In this document: positions 47,448-55,687 of the stretch, piece after piece
Layout: each line of letters opens with the position of its first letter
Position numbering within the stretch: the stretch's first letter is position 1
Assembly (NCBI GenBank): GCA_963796105.1
Contig: CAWCKJ010000004.1
Span: 544,001 to 608,000 of the forward strand
Length of the DNA: 64,000 nucleotides
Reading direction: 5' to 3'
Source of the DNA: a candidate division FCPU426 bacterium
GTDB taxonomy: Bacteria; Oederibacteriota; Muellerivitia; Muellerivitales; Muellerivitaceae
Translations under genes and position numbers: made by a program
Notes under the pieces: model-generated
Seen by the model: only the letters and a program-made list of their open reading frames with translations
Database searches by the model: none
Told to the model about the DNA's origin: nothing

Positions 47448-49973
47448 ATGGGCCGGAACCGCGATCATTTTTTCCTGCCGGCTTTTTTCCAGCCGGTGAA
47501 GGGGTCCCCGAAATGGATTTTTTCCGCCATGGTCCTGGGACTATTGGGCCAGGGGTGGATGGGATTGGAAAAATCTCCCGAGACCCTCGCGGTCGGCTTG
47601 GTGATCTTTGCCGCCGCCGTTTTCATCTTCCTGCGCTCCGCGAAACCTTTCGAGGCGCCGCGAACCCACTCCCGGGAGCTGAGTTCCCGGACGGAATGGG
47701 GCTGGTTTTCCCTGATTCTCGCGGTTTCGGTTTTCATGAGGTTCTGGAGGCTCCGGGACTTTCCCCCGGGGCTTTTCCTCGACCAGGGATACCAGGGTTA
47801 CTCGGCGCTTCGCATCCTCCGCGAGGGGTACCGCCCCCTCTTCGATCAGGACTTGTTGAAGGCCCCGGCACTCTTTCTTTACGAACTGGCCGCCTGGTTC
47901 ACTCTCGCCGGACCGGGTGAGCTCTCCTCAAAGGTGTTTTTCGTCCTGGTTTCCCTCGCGGCCCTTCCCTTCGTTTATTGGTCCTTCAGGGAACTGGCCG
48001 GCCCCCGGAAGGCCCTCCTGGCCTTTTTCATCCTGGGCGTCATGCGCTGGCACGTGAACCTGAGCCGTTGGGGGCATTTCGCCATCCATGATTATTTTTT
48101 CATGTTCTCCAGCCTCTTTTTTTTCCTGTACGGCCTCCGAACGGAAAAGAGATGGGCCTTCTTAACATCGGGATTTCTTTTGGGTTTGGGCATGTATTAC
48201 TACGAGGCTTACGACGCCTTTCCCGCGCTTATGTTGGTTTATATGCTTTATGAGTTTCTCAACCGCAAGGACAAAACCGGACTCAAGCTTCCCTTCGCCG
48301 GAATGGCCCTCCTGTTCCTGGCGGTTTCGGCTCCCCTGTTCATTTACGGCTGGGCGAAAGGCGGTTTGGGCCAGCGCATGGGAGAGGTTTCCCTGTTCAA
48401 TGTCATGTGGATGCCCTTCACCCTGAAGCCCTTGTGGGAGAGCCTGGTTAGCCTCGCTCTCATGTTCAATTGGAAAGGGGACCTCAACCAGCGTCACAAT
48501 TTCCACGAGGCTCCCATGCTGGACCCCATGACGGGGGTATTGTTCGTTCTGGGGCTGTTCTTCCTGCTTCGGTCCTGGAAAAAGCGGGAGAATTTTTACG
48601 CGCTGTCGGGCCTCGCGGTTTTGAGCCTTCCGGGAGTCCTCTCCTTATACATGCCCCATGCCCTCAGGTTGAACGGCATGGTTCCCTTCGTTGCCCTCGC
48701 CGCGGCGGCCCCCCTGGATCGCCTCCTGGAAGGGATTCCTTCCCTCCCCAAGCCCCGCAGAGTCCTGGCCGCGTTTTTTATGGCGGGTCTCCCGCTTTGT
48801 CTGGCGGCCTATTCCAACTTTCACGCCTATTTCACCCTTCAAATGGGCGACCCGGAATGCTGGTATTGGTGGGACCCCGTTCCCACTGTGATCGGCCGGA
48901 GAATACTGGAAAAAGGCGCCGGTACCGAATTCGAGGTGACCAACCGGTGCAAGGAAAACGCCACGGTCCTTTTTCTCGCCTATCCCCACAGGGACAGCTA
49001 CAAATCCTTCGACAGCATGGACCGCATGCCCCCTCTCCCAGCCGATCCTTCAAAAAACGTGGAATATGCCTTGGAATCCCAGTGGCAGGGAATCCGTTCC
49101 TTGATCCCCCGCTTGTTCCCGGATTGCAGGATGGAATCCCTCGCGGACCCCGGCGGGCACCCGGCCTGCTATTTTTATGACGTTTCCGCCGGGGTCCTCA
49201 ACCGGGTCCGGGGACTTTCCGCCACTTACAAACCCTCCGGAAAAAAAGTCCAGGCGGGATTATTCCCTAACAGCCTGCCGGAGGGCCCCTTTCTGGCTGA
49301 TTTCCAGGGATGCGTCTATCTTCCCTTGAATGGGGATTATTCCTTGGAAATCTCCGGAAACACCCAAGCCTCTGTCCGGATCGGTGAAAAAAATATCCAG
49401 CCGGGCGGGGAGTTCAGCGCGTCGCCGGGTTTCTATGGAATACTCGCGCGGGTGAGGGCTCCGCGTGGAAAACCCCTTCTTTTAATCACTCTCCTCGGGC
49501 CCGACGGCCATAAAACAGCCTTGGGCCCGGAAAACCTGACGACTCTCCCCTTAAACCACGGCCTTCTCGCCATCCGCGATCTTTCCGGCTACAAGCTTCT
49601 ACCCGCCAAATTTTCCAATTGGGAACAAGTCCTCGATTATGACTACGGCTACAGTTTCCCCTTCCTTTCCCAGGGGGGCCTGGAAAACGCCGGCTCCGTG
49701 AGGTGGATAGGCGAATTGACCGCGCGTGTTTCCGGATTGTACCGCCTGCGGTTCGAATCCCCTTCCGGCGTCACCTTGACCCTGGATGGAAAAAATTACC
49801 TCTGCAAGGAAGAGGGCCCTGGCGTCGATCTTCACCTTGAAAAAGGCCCCCATTCGATTGTGATCGACGCGCCGGACCGCCCGGATCATTTGGCTTTTTA
49901 TTGGACCCCGCCCGGCCAAAAGGATGAGGAAGTCGTACCGATGGAGGCTTTTGGAACCACGCGATTGGAATGA
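47448..49973 (+). CDS. GT39/ArnT-like (PMT_2) membrane glycosyltransferase with C-terminal PA14-like domains
   Basis: RFWRLRDFPPGLFLDQG, WHVNLSR, many TM helices; C-terminal SVRWIGEL...GLYRL...LEKGPHSI...YWTPPG...EVVP; start uncertain (47364-47448). Confidence 0.8.
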   Translation: MGRNRDHFFLPAFFQPVKGSPKWIFSAMVLGLLGQGWMGLEKSPETLAVGLVIFAAAVFIFLRSAKPFEAPRTHSRELSSRTEWGWFSLILAVSVFMRFWRLRDFPPGLFLDQGYQGYSALRILREGYRPLFDQDLLKAPALFLYELAAWFTLAGPGELSSKVFFVLVSLAALPFVYWSFRELAGPRKALLAFFILGVMRWHVNLSRWGHFAIHDYFFMFSSLFFFLYGLRTEKRWAFLTSGFLLGLGMYYYEAYDAFPALMLVYMLYEFLNRKDKTGLKLPFAGMALLFLAVSAPLFIYGWAKGGLGQRMGEVSLFNVMWMPFTLKPLWESLVSLALMFNWKGDLNQRHNFHEAPMLDPMTGVLFVLGLFFLLRSWKKRENFYALSGLAVLSLPGVLSLYMPHALRLNGMVPFVALAAAAPLDRLLEGIPSLPKPRRVLAAFFMAGLPLCLAAYSNFHAYFTLQMGDPECWYWWDPVPTVIGRRILEKGAGTEFEVTNRCKENATVLFLAYPHRDSYKSFDSMDRMPPLPADPSKNVEYALESQWQGIRSLIPRLFPDCRMESLADPGGHPACYFYDVSAGVLNRVRGLSATYKPSGKKVQAGLFPNSLPEGPFLADFQGCVYLPLNGDYSLEISGNTQASVRIGEKNIQPGGEFSASPGFYGILARVRAPRGKPLLLITLLGPDGHKTALGPENLTTLPLNHGLLAIRDLSGYKLLPAKFSNWEQVLDYDYGYSFPFLSQGGLENAGSVRWIGELTARVSGLYRLRFESPSGVTLTLDGKNYLCKEEGPGVDLHLEKGPHSIVIDAPDRPDHLAFYWTPPGQKDEEVVPMEAFGTTRLE

Positions 49974-50179
49974 TTCATCAAATGAGCCCCAGAATTTTTC
50001 CAAGCCGGAGGTATTAACCCATTTCCCAGGGATTTCGGTAATTACCAAAGGAAACCCGTTATTCCTTTTTGGTCTTTAAACCCCGGAGGAAAACGGCTAA
50101 TTTAGTGGGCCTGTCCGGCGGGGGTGATTTTGCTCGAAACCCTCCTTATAGTTGACCATCAAATGGGGAGAAATATTAA

Positions 50180-50986
50180 ATGGGTTTGTTAAGCGGAAAG
50201 AAAGCTTTCATATTCGGCGTGGCCAACGACAGGTCGATCGCCTGGGGCATCGCCCAGGCCTTCCACCAGGAAGGGGCCGAACTGGGCTTCAATTTCCTGG
50301 GGGAGGCGCTTGAAAAAAGGGTCCGTCCCCTGGCGGAGTCCGCCGGAGCGAAACTGATTCTTCCCTGCGACGTCTCCAAGGACGACCAGATCCAGGCCCT
50401 CTACCGGGAGGTGGAGAAAACCTGGGGAAAACTCGACATCCTGGTGCATTGCGTGGCTTTCGCCAATAAGGACGAGCTCTCCGGCGCCTTTTCCAACACC
50501 AGCCGCGCGGGCTTCCATCTCGCGCTCGACATTTCGGCCTACAGCCTGATCGCCATCACCCGCCCCGCCCTTCCCCTGATGGGCGCGGGCGGGAATATCA
50601 TCACCCTCACTTATTACGGCTCCGAAAAGGTCATCCCCAATTACAACGTCATGGGAGTGGCCAAGGCCGCCCTGGAAAGCTCGGTTCGCTACCTGGCCAG
50701 CGATTTGGGGCCCCGCGGAATCAGGGTCAACGCCATTTCCGCCGGGGCCATCAAGACCCTGGCCGCCTCCGGCGTGGGGGGGTTCAAGACCATGCTGAAG
50801 ACCTCCGAGGGATTGACCCCGCTGAAGCGCAACGTCACCCAGGAGGAAGTGGGCAAGACCGCCCTGTACCTGGCCAGCGACCTGGCCTCGGGCGTGACGG
50901 GCGAGGTGATCTACGTGGACGCCGGCGCCAACATCATCGGCATGCATTTCGACGAGAAAAAGGAAGACGCCCCGCCTAAGCCTTAA
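50180..50986 (+). CDS. fabI: Enoyl-ACP reductase (NADH)
   Basis: [40 protein letters not shown]. Confidence 0.97.
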   Translation: MGLLSGKKAFIFGVANDRSIAWGIAQAFHQEGAELGFNFLGEALEKRVRPLAESAGAKLILPCDVSKDDQIQALYREVEKTWGKLDILVHCVAFANKDELSGAFSNTSRAGFHLALDISAYSLIAITRPALPLMGAGGNIITLTYYGSEKVIPNYNVMGVAKAALESSVRYLASDLGPRGIRVNAISAGAIKTLAASGVGGFKTMLKTSEGLTPLKRNVTQEEVGKTALYLASDLASGVTGEVIYVDAGANIIGMHFDEKKEDAPPKP

Positions 50987-51038
50987 AACCCAATAGCGAA
51001 TAACCATTTCTTTCTGTACAACCCCCAAAAATTCTTTT

Positions 51039-51295
51039 GCCACGGATTCAGGGGATACACATGGATAGGCTGAAGAAAAAGAATAAATTTCTTTGGTACC
51101 CACAGACTATGCCATAACTTCTATTGTTCCCAAGCCCTGCCCATCTCCAGGATGAGTTGGGACAACCTTGTCTCTTTCCTGTGTTTCTTTTAATCCCATG
51201 AATCCCATGCATGCCAGCCTTCCATTAAACTTTTATGGAGGCTGGTATCGCACCGATCTCAATCTGTTTTTATGGATGATCGGCGCATCCGTGGC
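51039..51295. mobile_element. Gene-less (MITE/REPIN-like) element with GxxExxY-type inverted ends
   Basis: Left GCCACGGATTCAGGGGATACACATGGAT (51039-51066); right ATCCCATGAATCCCATGCAT[double hairpin]CCGTGGC (51193-51295). Confidence 0.6.
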
Positions 51296-51360
51296 TAAGA
51301 AAGGTCTTTGCATTTCATCTTTAAGGAATGAATCTCTGTTGCTTTAATCCTGTTTTTTTT

Positions 51361-51735
51361 TTATTTAGAAATCCCAGCAGGTTCCCAAACTGAACAAAAA
51401 CTTCTGACTTCGATTTTTTCCGGCGGAAGTTTTTGGTGGATAATTTTAATAGGCACATCGGCGCAGGTCTGAAATCCTTCCGCCCGCGCGGTCAAGATCA
51501 CCCTCCCCCTGGGGGAGAAATCCCATCCTTTTGGCGAGAGCCAATATTCCAAAACCAGTTCTTCCGGCGCGTTTTTCTCGAACCTCAGCCTATGAAACCC
51601 CGAGAAATCCAGCGGCCGCCCTAATTGCCCCGCGAAGGCTTGAAGCTCCGCCGCTTGGCCGGGCCAACTGCCCTTTTCCAAAAAATATGATTGGGTCAAG
51701 GTTAAAATTACGCTAAGTTCTTTTTTAAGGTTCAT
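51361..51735 (-). CDS. Hypothetical protein
   Basis: 124-aa ORF with a GAAGGGGAG RBS, directly downstream of radC. Confidence 0.55.
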   Translation of the reverse strand: MNLKKELSVILTLTQSYFLEKGSWPGQAAELQAFAGQLGRPLDFSGFHRLRFEKNAPEELVLEYWLSPKGWDFSPRGRVILTARAEGFQTCADVPIKIIHQKLPPEKIEVRSFCSVWEPAGISK

Positions 51736-51763
51736 AAATCTCCCCTTCAAAATCCCCGATGAA

Positions 51764-52579
51764 TCAAGCCAGCAACCCAGTTTGCCTGAAGGAGAAATGC
51801 CCCTCGGCGGTCAGGATGAGGTGGTCGTGAACGGTGACCCCCATGGCCCTGGCTGCGGTGGCAACCTGGCGGGTCAACTGCTGGTCTCCCTCGGAGGGCT
51901 CCAGGCTTCCGCCGGGATGGTTGTGGGCCAGGATCAGGCCCGTCGCGTGGAGGTCCAAGGCGCGTTTCAGGATCTCGCGGGGGTACACGGCGGTATGGTC
52001 CACGGTTCCCTCCTGGAGCGCGTCAAAGGAAAGAAGGTGGTTGCGGTGGTCCAGGAAAACCGCCGCGAAAACCTCGCGGGGCCTGCTCCCGATCTGCTCC
52101 CGCAGGAAGGACACGACGTCCTCGGGGCCGGCGATCACCCGTCCCCGTTTGAACTCTTCCGAACGGGCCAGCCTTCCCAGGTCCCCCACCGCCTTCAATT
52201 GCAGGGCGCTTTGCGGGGGCAGTTCCCCCAGCACCCGCAAGCTGTTCAGGTCGGCCTCCAAAACGCTCCTCACGTTCTTGAAAACCGACAGCAGTTTTTT
52301 CGCGTAGGGTTTGGTGTCGCGGTGCGGGATGGAAAAGGAAAGCAGGAGTTCCAGGAGCTCGTAGTCCTTGAGGGCGTTCGCCCCTGAGGAGGCGTATTTT
52401 TCCTTCAACCGCCTGCGGTGCCCCAGATAAGAGGGAAGTTCTTCCAAGCGAATGGAGGGAACTCCCTGCTCGGGTTCATTCCCTTCCGGGGCGCTGTCCG
52501 CCCCTCTTTCGTAGGGTTTCGGCGCCTGTTCGATTGGACCGATTTCCAGGAAGGGCTGATTTGCCGTTAGATTTTTCAT
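51764..52579 (-). CDS. radC: RadC/JAB-domain protein (UPF0758)
   Basis: GHRRRLK...DYELLELLL N-terminus; GTVDHTAVYPRE; JAMM motif HNHPGGSLEPSEGD; HDHLI. Confidence 0.93.
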   Translation of the reverse strand: MKNLTANQPFLEIGPIEQAPKPYERGADSAPEGNEPEQGVPSIRLEELPSYLGHRRRLKEKYASSGANALKDYELLELLLSFSIPHRDTKPYAKKLLSVFKNVRSVLEADLNSLRVLGELPPQSALQLKAVGDLGRLARSEEFKRGRVIAGPEDVVSFLREQIGSRPREVFAAVFLDHRNHLLSFDALQEGTVDHTAVYPREILKRALDLHATGLILAHNHPGGSLEPSEGDQQLTRQVATAARAMGVTVHDHLILTAEGHFSFRQTGLLA

Positions 52580-52599
52580 GTTTTAACTCCTTTTTTTCC

Positions 52600-52636
52600 T
52601 TGACGAAGGATACAGGAGTATACTAGCATACACTCG
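52600..52636 (+). promoter_or_regulatory. Putative lexA promoter overlapped by an imperfect palindrome (candidate LexA operator)
   Basis: TTGACG (52600-52605), 18-bp spacer, TAGCAT (52624-52629); overlapping dyad GTATACTAGCATAC. Confidence 0.5.
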
Positions 52637-52673
52637 TATTCTTTTCCAGCTAAAATTCCAGGAGGAAGAAATC

Positions 52674-53291
52674 ATGGCGTCATCGGAGAAAACCCTCACC
52701 GACATCCAGCGCAAAGTGCTTCAGTACGTCCAGAGCTACCTGACGCAGTTCAACCGCCCGCCCACGGTGCGGGAAGTCATGAGGCATTTCAAGTGGAACT
52801 CCCCCCAAAGCGCGCGCAAGCATCTGCTGGCTCTGGAGGAGAAGGGCTACCTGGAGCGGGAGGACCGCATGGCCCGGGGGTTGAGCCTTCCTGGTAATTC
52901 CTCCCCTGGGATATCCATTCCCATTTTGGGGAAAGTCGCGGCCGGATTGCCGATTTTAGCCGAGGAAAACCGCGAGGGGACTTTGGTGGTCGATCCCGCT
53001 ATGGCGCGGGGAGGGCGGAGCCTGTTCGCCTTGACCGTTAAGGGGGATTCCATGCTGGACGCGCATATCCTGCCGGGCGACAAGGTCATCGTCCAGCAGA
53101 CCACCCACGCCTCCCCTGGCGACGTCGTGGTGGCGCTTCTGGAGGGCGAGGCCACGGTGAAAACCTTCAGGAAAACATCCTCCAAAATCTTCCTGGAACC
53201 GGCCAACGCCAAGTACGACCCCATCGAGATTTCCGAGGGGGAGGATTTCAGGATCATCGGCAAGGTGGTCGGGGTCTTCAGCCCGAGGTGA
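52674..53291 (+). CDS. lexA: SOS repressor LexA
   Basis: LT..Q..., PPTVRE winged HTH, VAAG Ala-Gly cleavage site, GDSM catalytic Ser, ATVK catalytic Lys. Confidence 0.96.
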   Translation: MASSEKTLTDIQRKVLQYVQSYLTQFNRPPTVREVMRHFKWNSPQSARKHLLALEEKGYLEREDRMARGLSLPGNSSPGISIPILGKVAAGLPILAEENREGTLVVDPAMARGGRSLFALTVKGDSMLDAHILPGDKVIVQQTTHASPGDVVVALLEGEATVKTFRKTSSKIFLEPANAKYDPIEISEGEDFRIIGKVVGVFSPR

Positions 53292-53402
53292 ATTAAAACC
53301 GGAATTTTTCGGTTTTAGGCAATTACCGAAATACCCATAAAAACCCATTCATTTCTCACTTTAACTTTTGAATGATCAGCTATTTATATCTGGAGGTTCC
53401 TT

Positions 53403-53891
53403 ATGCCCTTATTAGCCTCATCCGCGTTGGTTCGGGAGGCCCCGCTTCCCTATGGCTCCCACCCCATCGGCAACCCTGTCTTCGAGGTTTCCCTCAAGAC
53501 CGCCGGTTCCGCCGCGCCCTTAAAAGAACTTCTCAATGCCCATCGGCTGGTTGAAACCCTGCTTCGGTGGGAAATCCAGGGGAATTATGTTCTCCTGGAT
53601 TTTGTCCTTTGGCCCCAGGGGATTTTCACCCGCGTCTGCCTCAATAAGGGTTACTCCCTTTCCGAGTTCCTGGGCTTCCTCCGCGAAAAATCAACGCCTC
53701 CAGGCCGGACACCTTCCGATTATTGGCAGGATGAATTGACCTGGATCCGCCTGGTCCCGGCGGGAAGCCTTGAGGATTCCACTAACCGCTTCCTTCAGAC
53801 CGCGGATCAGGTCCGGGCTGAGATGGACCGTTCCCAGGGTTATTCCCCAAGCCTCTTTTTCTTTTACCGGAATCCCAATTTGCGAAAGTGA
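53403..53891 (+). CDS. Hypothetical protein resembling a RAYT/IS200 Y1 transposase with the HUH and Tyr residues lost
   Basis: GGAGG RBS; VFEVSLKT...YVLLDFVLWPQGIF...SLSEFLGFLREKS...YWQDE parallels the RAYT pattern YFxTxxT...VxMPDHxH...K..S...WQ. Confidence 0.55.
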   Translation: MPLLASSALVREAPLPYGSHPIGNPVFEVSLKTAGSAAPLKELLNAHRLVETLLRWEIQGNYVLLDFVLWPQGIFTRVCLNKGYSLSEFLGFLREKSTPPGRTPSDYWQDELTWIRLVPAGSLEDSTNRFLQTADQVRAEMDRSQGYSPSLFFFYRNPNLRK

Positions 53892-54152
53892 AGGTTTCGG
53901 GGTTTTAGGGATTTCTGTCCATAGTGAACCAGGTTTTCCGGCGGAATATCTCGGCTTACGGATGGGTGTCGGCGGAAATGTGAGCGGGTTATCCCCTCAT
54001 GCCGACAGTTGCCAGCAGGGATGTGGGCGGGTTATCCCCTGTAACCAGGTTATCCTGGCCTGTTCCCGGGTTATTGGCGCCCATTATCCTGGCGCCAACA
54101 CACCCAAATCTCATGCTTCGCCTTGATGGCTCAGCATAGGGGTATCTCAGCC

Positions 54153-54480
54153 TGTTCCCGGGTTAAGTCCAACTGTTCCCGGGTTATCTCGGCTTGTTCC
54201 CGGCTTAAGTCCCGCTGTTCCCGGGTTATCCCAGCCTGTTCCCGGCTTAAGTCCAACTGTTCCCGGGTTATCTCGGCTTGTTCCCGGCTTAAGTCCCGCT
54301 GTTCCCGGGTTATCCCAGCCTGTTCCCGGCTTAAGTCCAACTGTTCCCGGGTTATCTCGGCTTGTTCCCGGCTTAAGTCCCGTTGTTCCCGGGTTATCCC
54401 AGCCTGTTCCCGGCTTAAGTCCAACTGTTCCCGGGTTATCTCGGCTTGTTCCCGGCTTAAGTCCCGTTGTTCCCGGGAAC
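54153..54480. repeat. 21-bp tandem repeat array with an 84-bp higher-order period
   Basis: 16 TGTTCCCGG cores spaced exactly 21 bp (54153 to 54468); four variants cycle (CTTAAGTCCAAC, GTTATCTCGGCT, CTTAAGTCCCGC, GTTATCCCAGCC). Confidence 0.95.
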
Positions 54481-54636
54481 CTCTGGAACTGGCTTGGAAC
54501 CACAAGAATCCGGAAATCTTGGAACTTTGGAACTGCCTGGAACCGCGGGAATTCGAGAATACTGGAACCTTGGAACTGGCTTGGAACCACAGGAATCCGG
54601 GAATCTTGGAACCTTGGAACCCGGGAATCCTGGAAC
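54476..54636. repeat. Short-period GGAAC/GGAAT repeat tract, interrupted by IS21 and resuming at 57408
   Basis: Repeated TGGAAC/GGAATC units at 8-11 bp spacing with an internal duplication (54484 vs 54571). Confidence 0.8.
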
Positions 54637-54894
54637 TGTCACTGGCCAGCCACTTTAACCCCCCTGGCCGCCTACTTTGCCCCCCCTCTTTTGGGCACTT
54701 CGAGGGGTGCCTGTTTCGGGGACTTCGACCCCTGCCTTGCGGGGCCTCTTTTTTAGATTAATTTAGACCCATCAAACTCCTTTCACAAGATGCGTTTTGC
54801 TTCCCCAACATTGGATGATACGAAGTCCCGCGCAAATCCCGTAACCAATAGGCGCAAGATTGCACGAATAAGACAGCATCGAACGATGGGTTTC

Positions 54895-55674
54895 TCATAG
54901 TTTTGCCTCTTTTTCCCTGCTGTGTTCTTTTTTCATTTCTTCGCGCATGGAACGGGTCCGAAAGGAAGGGCCCTGAATGACGACGGCAGTGGCATGGTGG
55001 ACCAGGCGGTCCATGGCAGCCGAGGCTAGGAGGGCGTCGCCGAAAAGCTCCGGCCACTCCCGCAGACTGCGGTTGGTGGTAAAAATCAAGGAGCCCTTTT
55101 CATAACGCTCACAGATGATGTCGTAAAAATCCTCGGCGACCTTGGTGTCGAAGGGCTTGAGACCCCAGTCGTCCAGGATCAAGAGGTCGGGTTTCAGGAA
55201 GGATGCGAATCGGTTTTCCCAGGTACCGTCCCCGCGCGAGGCCGCTAATCGTTGGGCCGCATGCGAGGTCTTGATAAAGAGTACCTCATAACCCTTGCGG
55301 CAGACTTCATGGGCCAAAGCGCAGGCCAAATGGGTTTTGCCCACACCTGAGGGACCGATGAAAAATAGGTTCTCTTTTCGCTCCACGAAAGAACAAGTAC
55401 CCAAATCCAGGATTTGTTGCCGGTTGATGGCCGGGTTGAAGGCGAAATCGAACCCCGTTAGAGTCATATGGGTTGAGAAGCCCGCCTTTTTCAGCCTTCT
55501 TTGGAGTTGGCCCACTTGGCGGCGCTCCAGCTCATCCAACAGCAACTGGCCCAGGAAATCCATATAACCGATCTGGGATTCAATGGCCTGCTGGTTTCGG
55601 ATTTCCAGCGTCTCCAACATACCTGCGAGTTTTAACCTTCTCAGGTGCGGCTCCAACTGATGTTTATTTTCCAT
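54895..55674 (-). CDS. istB: IS21 helper ATPase
   Basis: Walker A GPSGVGKT, Walker B LLILDDW, TTNR, A-x-x-DRLVHH, G-x-S-F-R. Confidence 0.95.
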   Translation of the reverse strand: MENKHQLEPHLRRLKLAGMLETLEIRNQQAIESQIGYMDFLGQLLLDELERRQVGQLQRRLKKAGFSTHMTLTGFDFAFNPAINRQQILDLGTCSFVERKENLFFIGPSGVGKTHLACALAHEVCRKGYEVLFIKTSHAAQRLAASRGDGTWENRFASFLKPDLLILDDWGLKPFDTKVAEDFYDIICERYEKGSLIFTTNRSLREWPELFGDALLASAAMDRLVHHATAVVIQGPSFRTRSMREEMKKEHSREKEAKL

Positions 55675-55687
55675 ATATGCTTCCTCC

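Noticed and set aside
51764..53291. radC plus a LexA-like repressor as a prophage or ICE module
   Set aside because: RadC is full length, LexA is canonical, and no integrase, phage or conjugation genes are nearby.
54153..54480. CRISPR array
   Set aside because: The period is only 21 bp, the variable parts recur every 84 bp instead of being unique spacers, and there are no cas genes in the window.
54123..54761. ORFs across the repeat array (212 aa plus; 124 and 147 aa minus) as genes
   Set aside because: Open frames are expected from a stop-free 21-bp unit. There is no clear RBS or ATG, and the plus ORF runs into the IS end.
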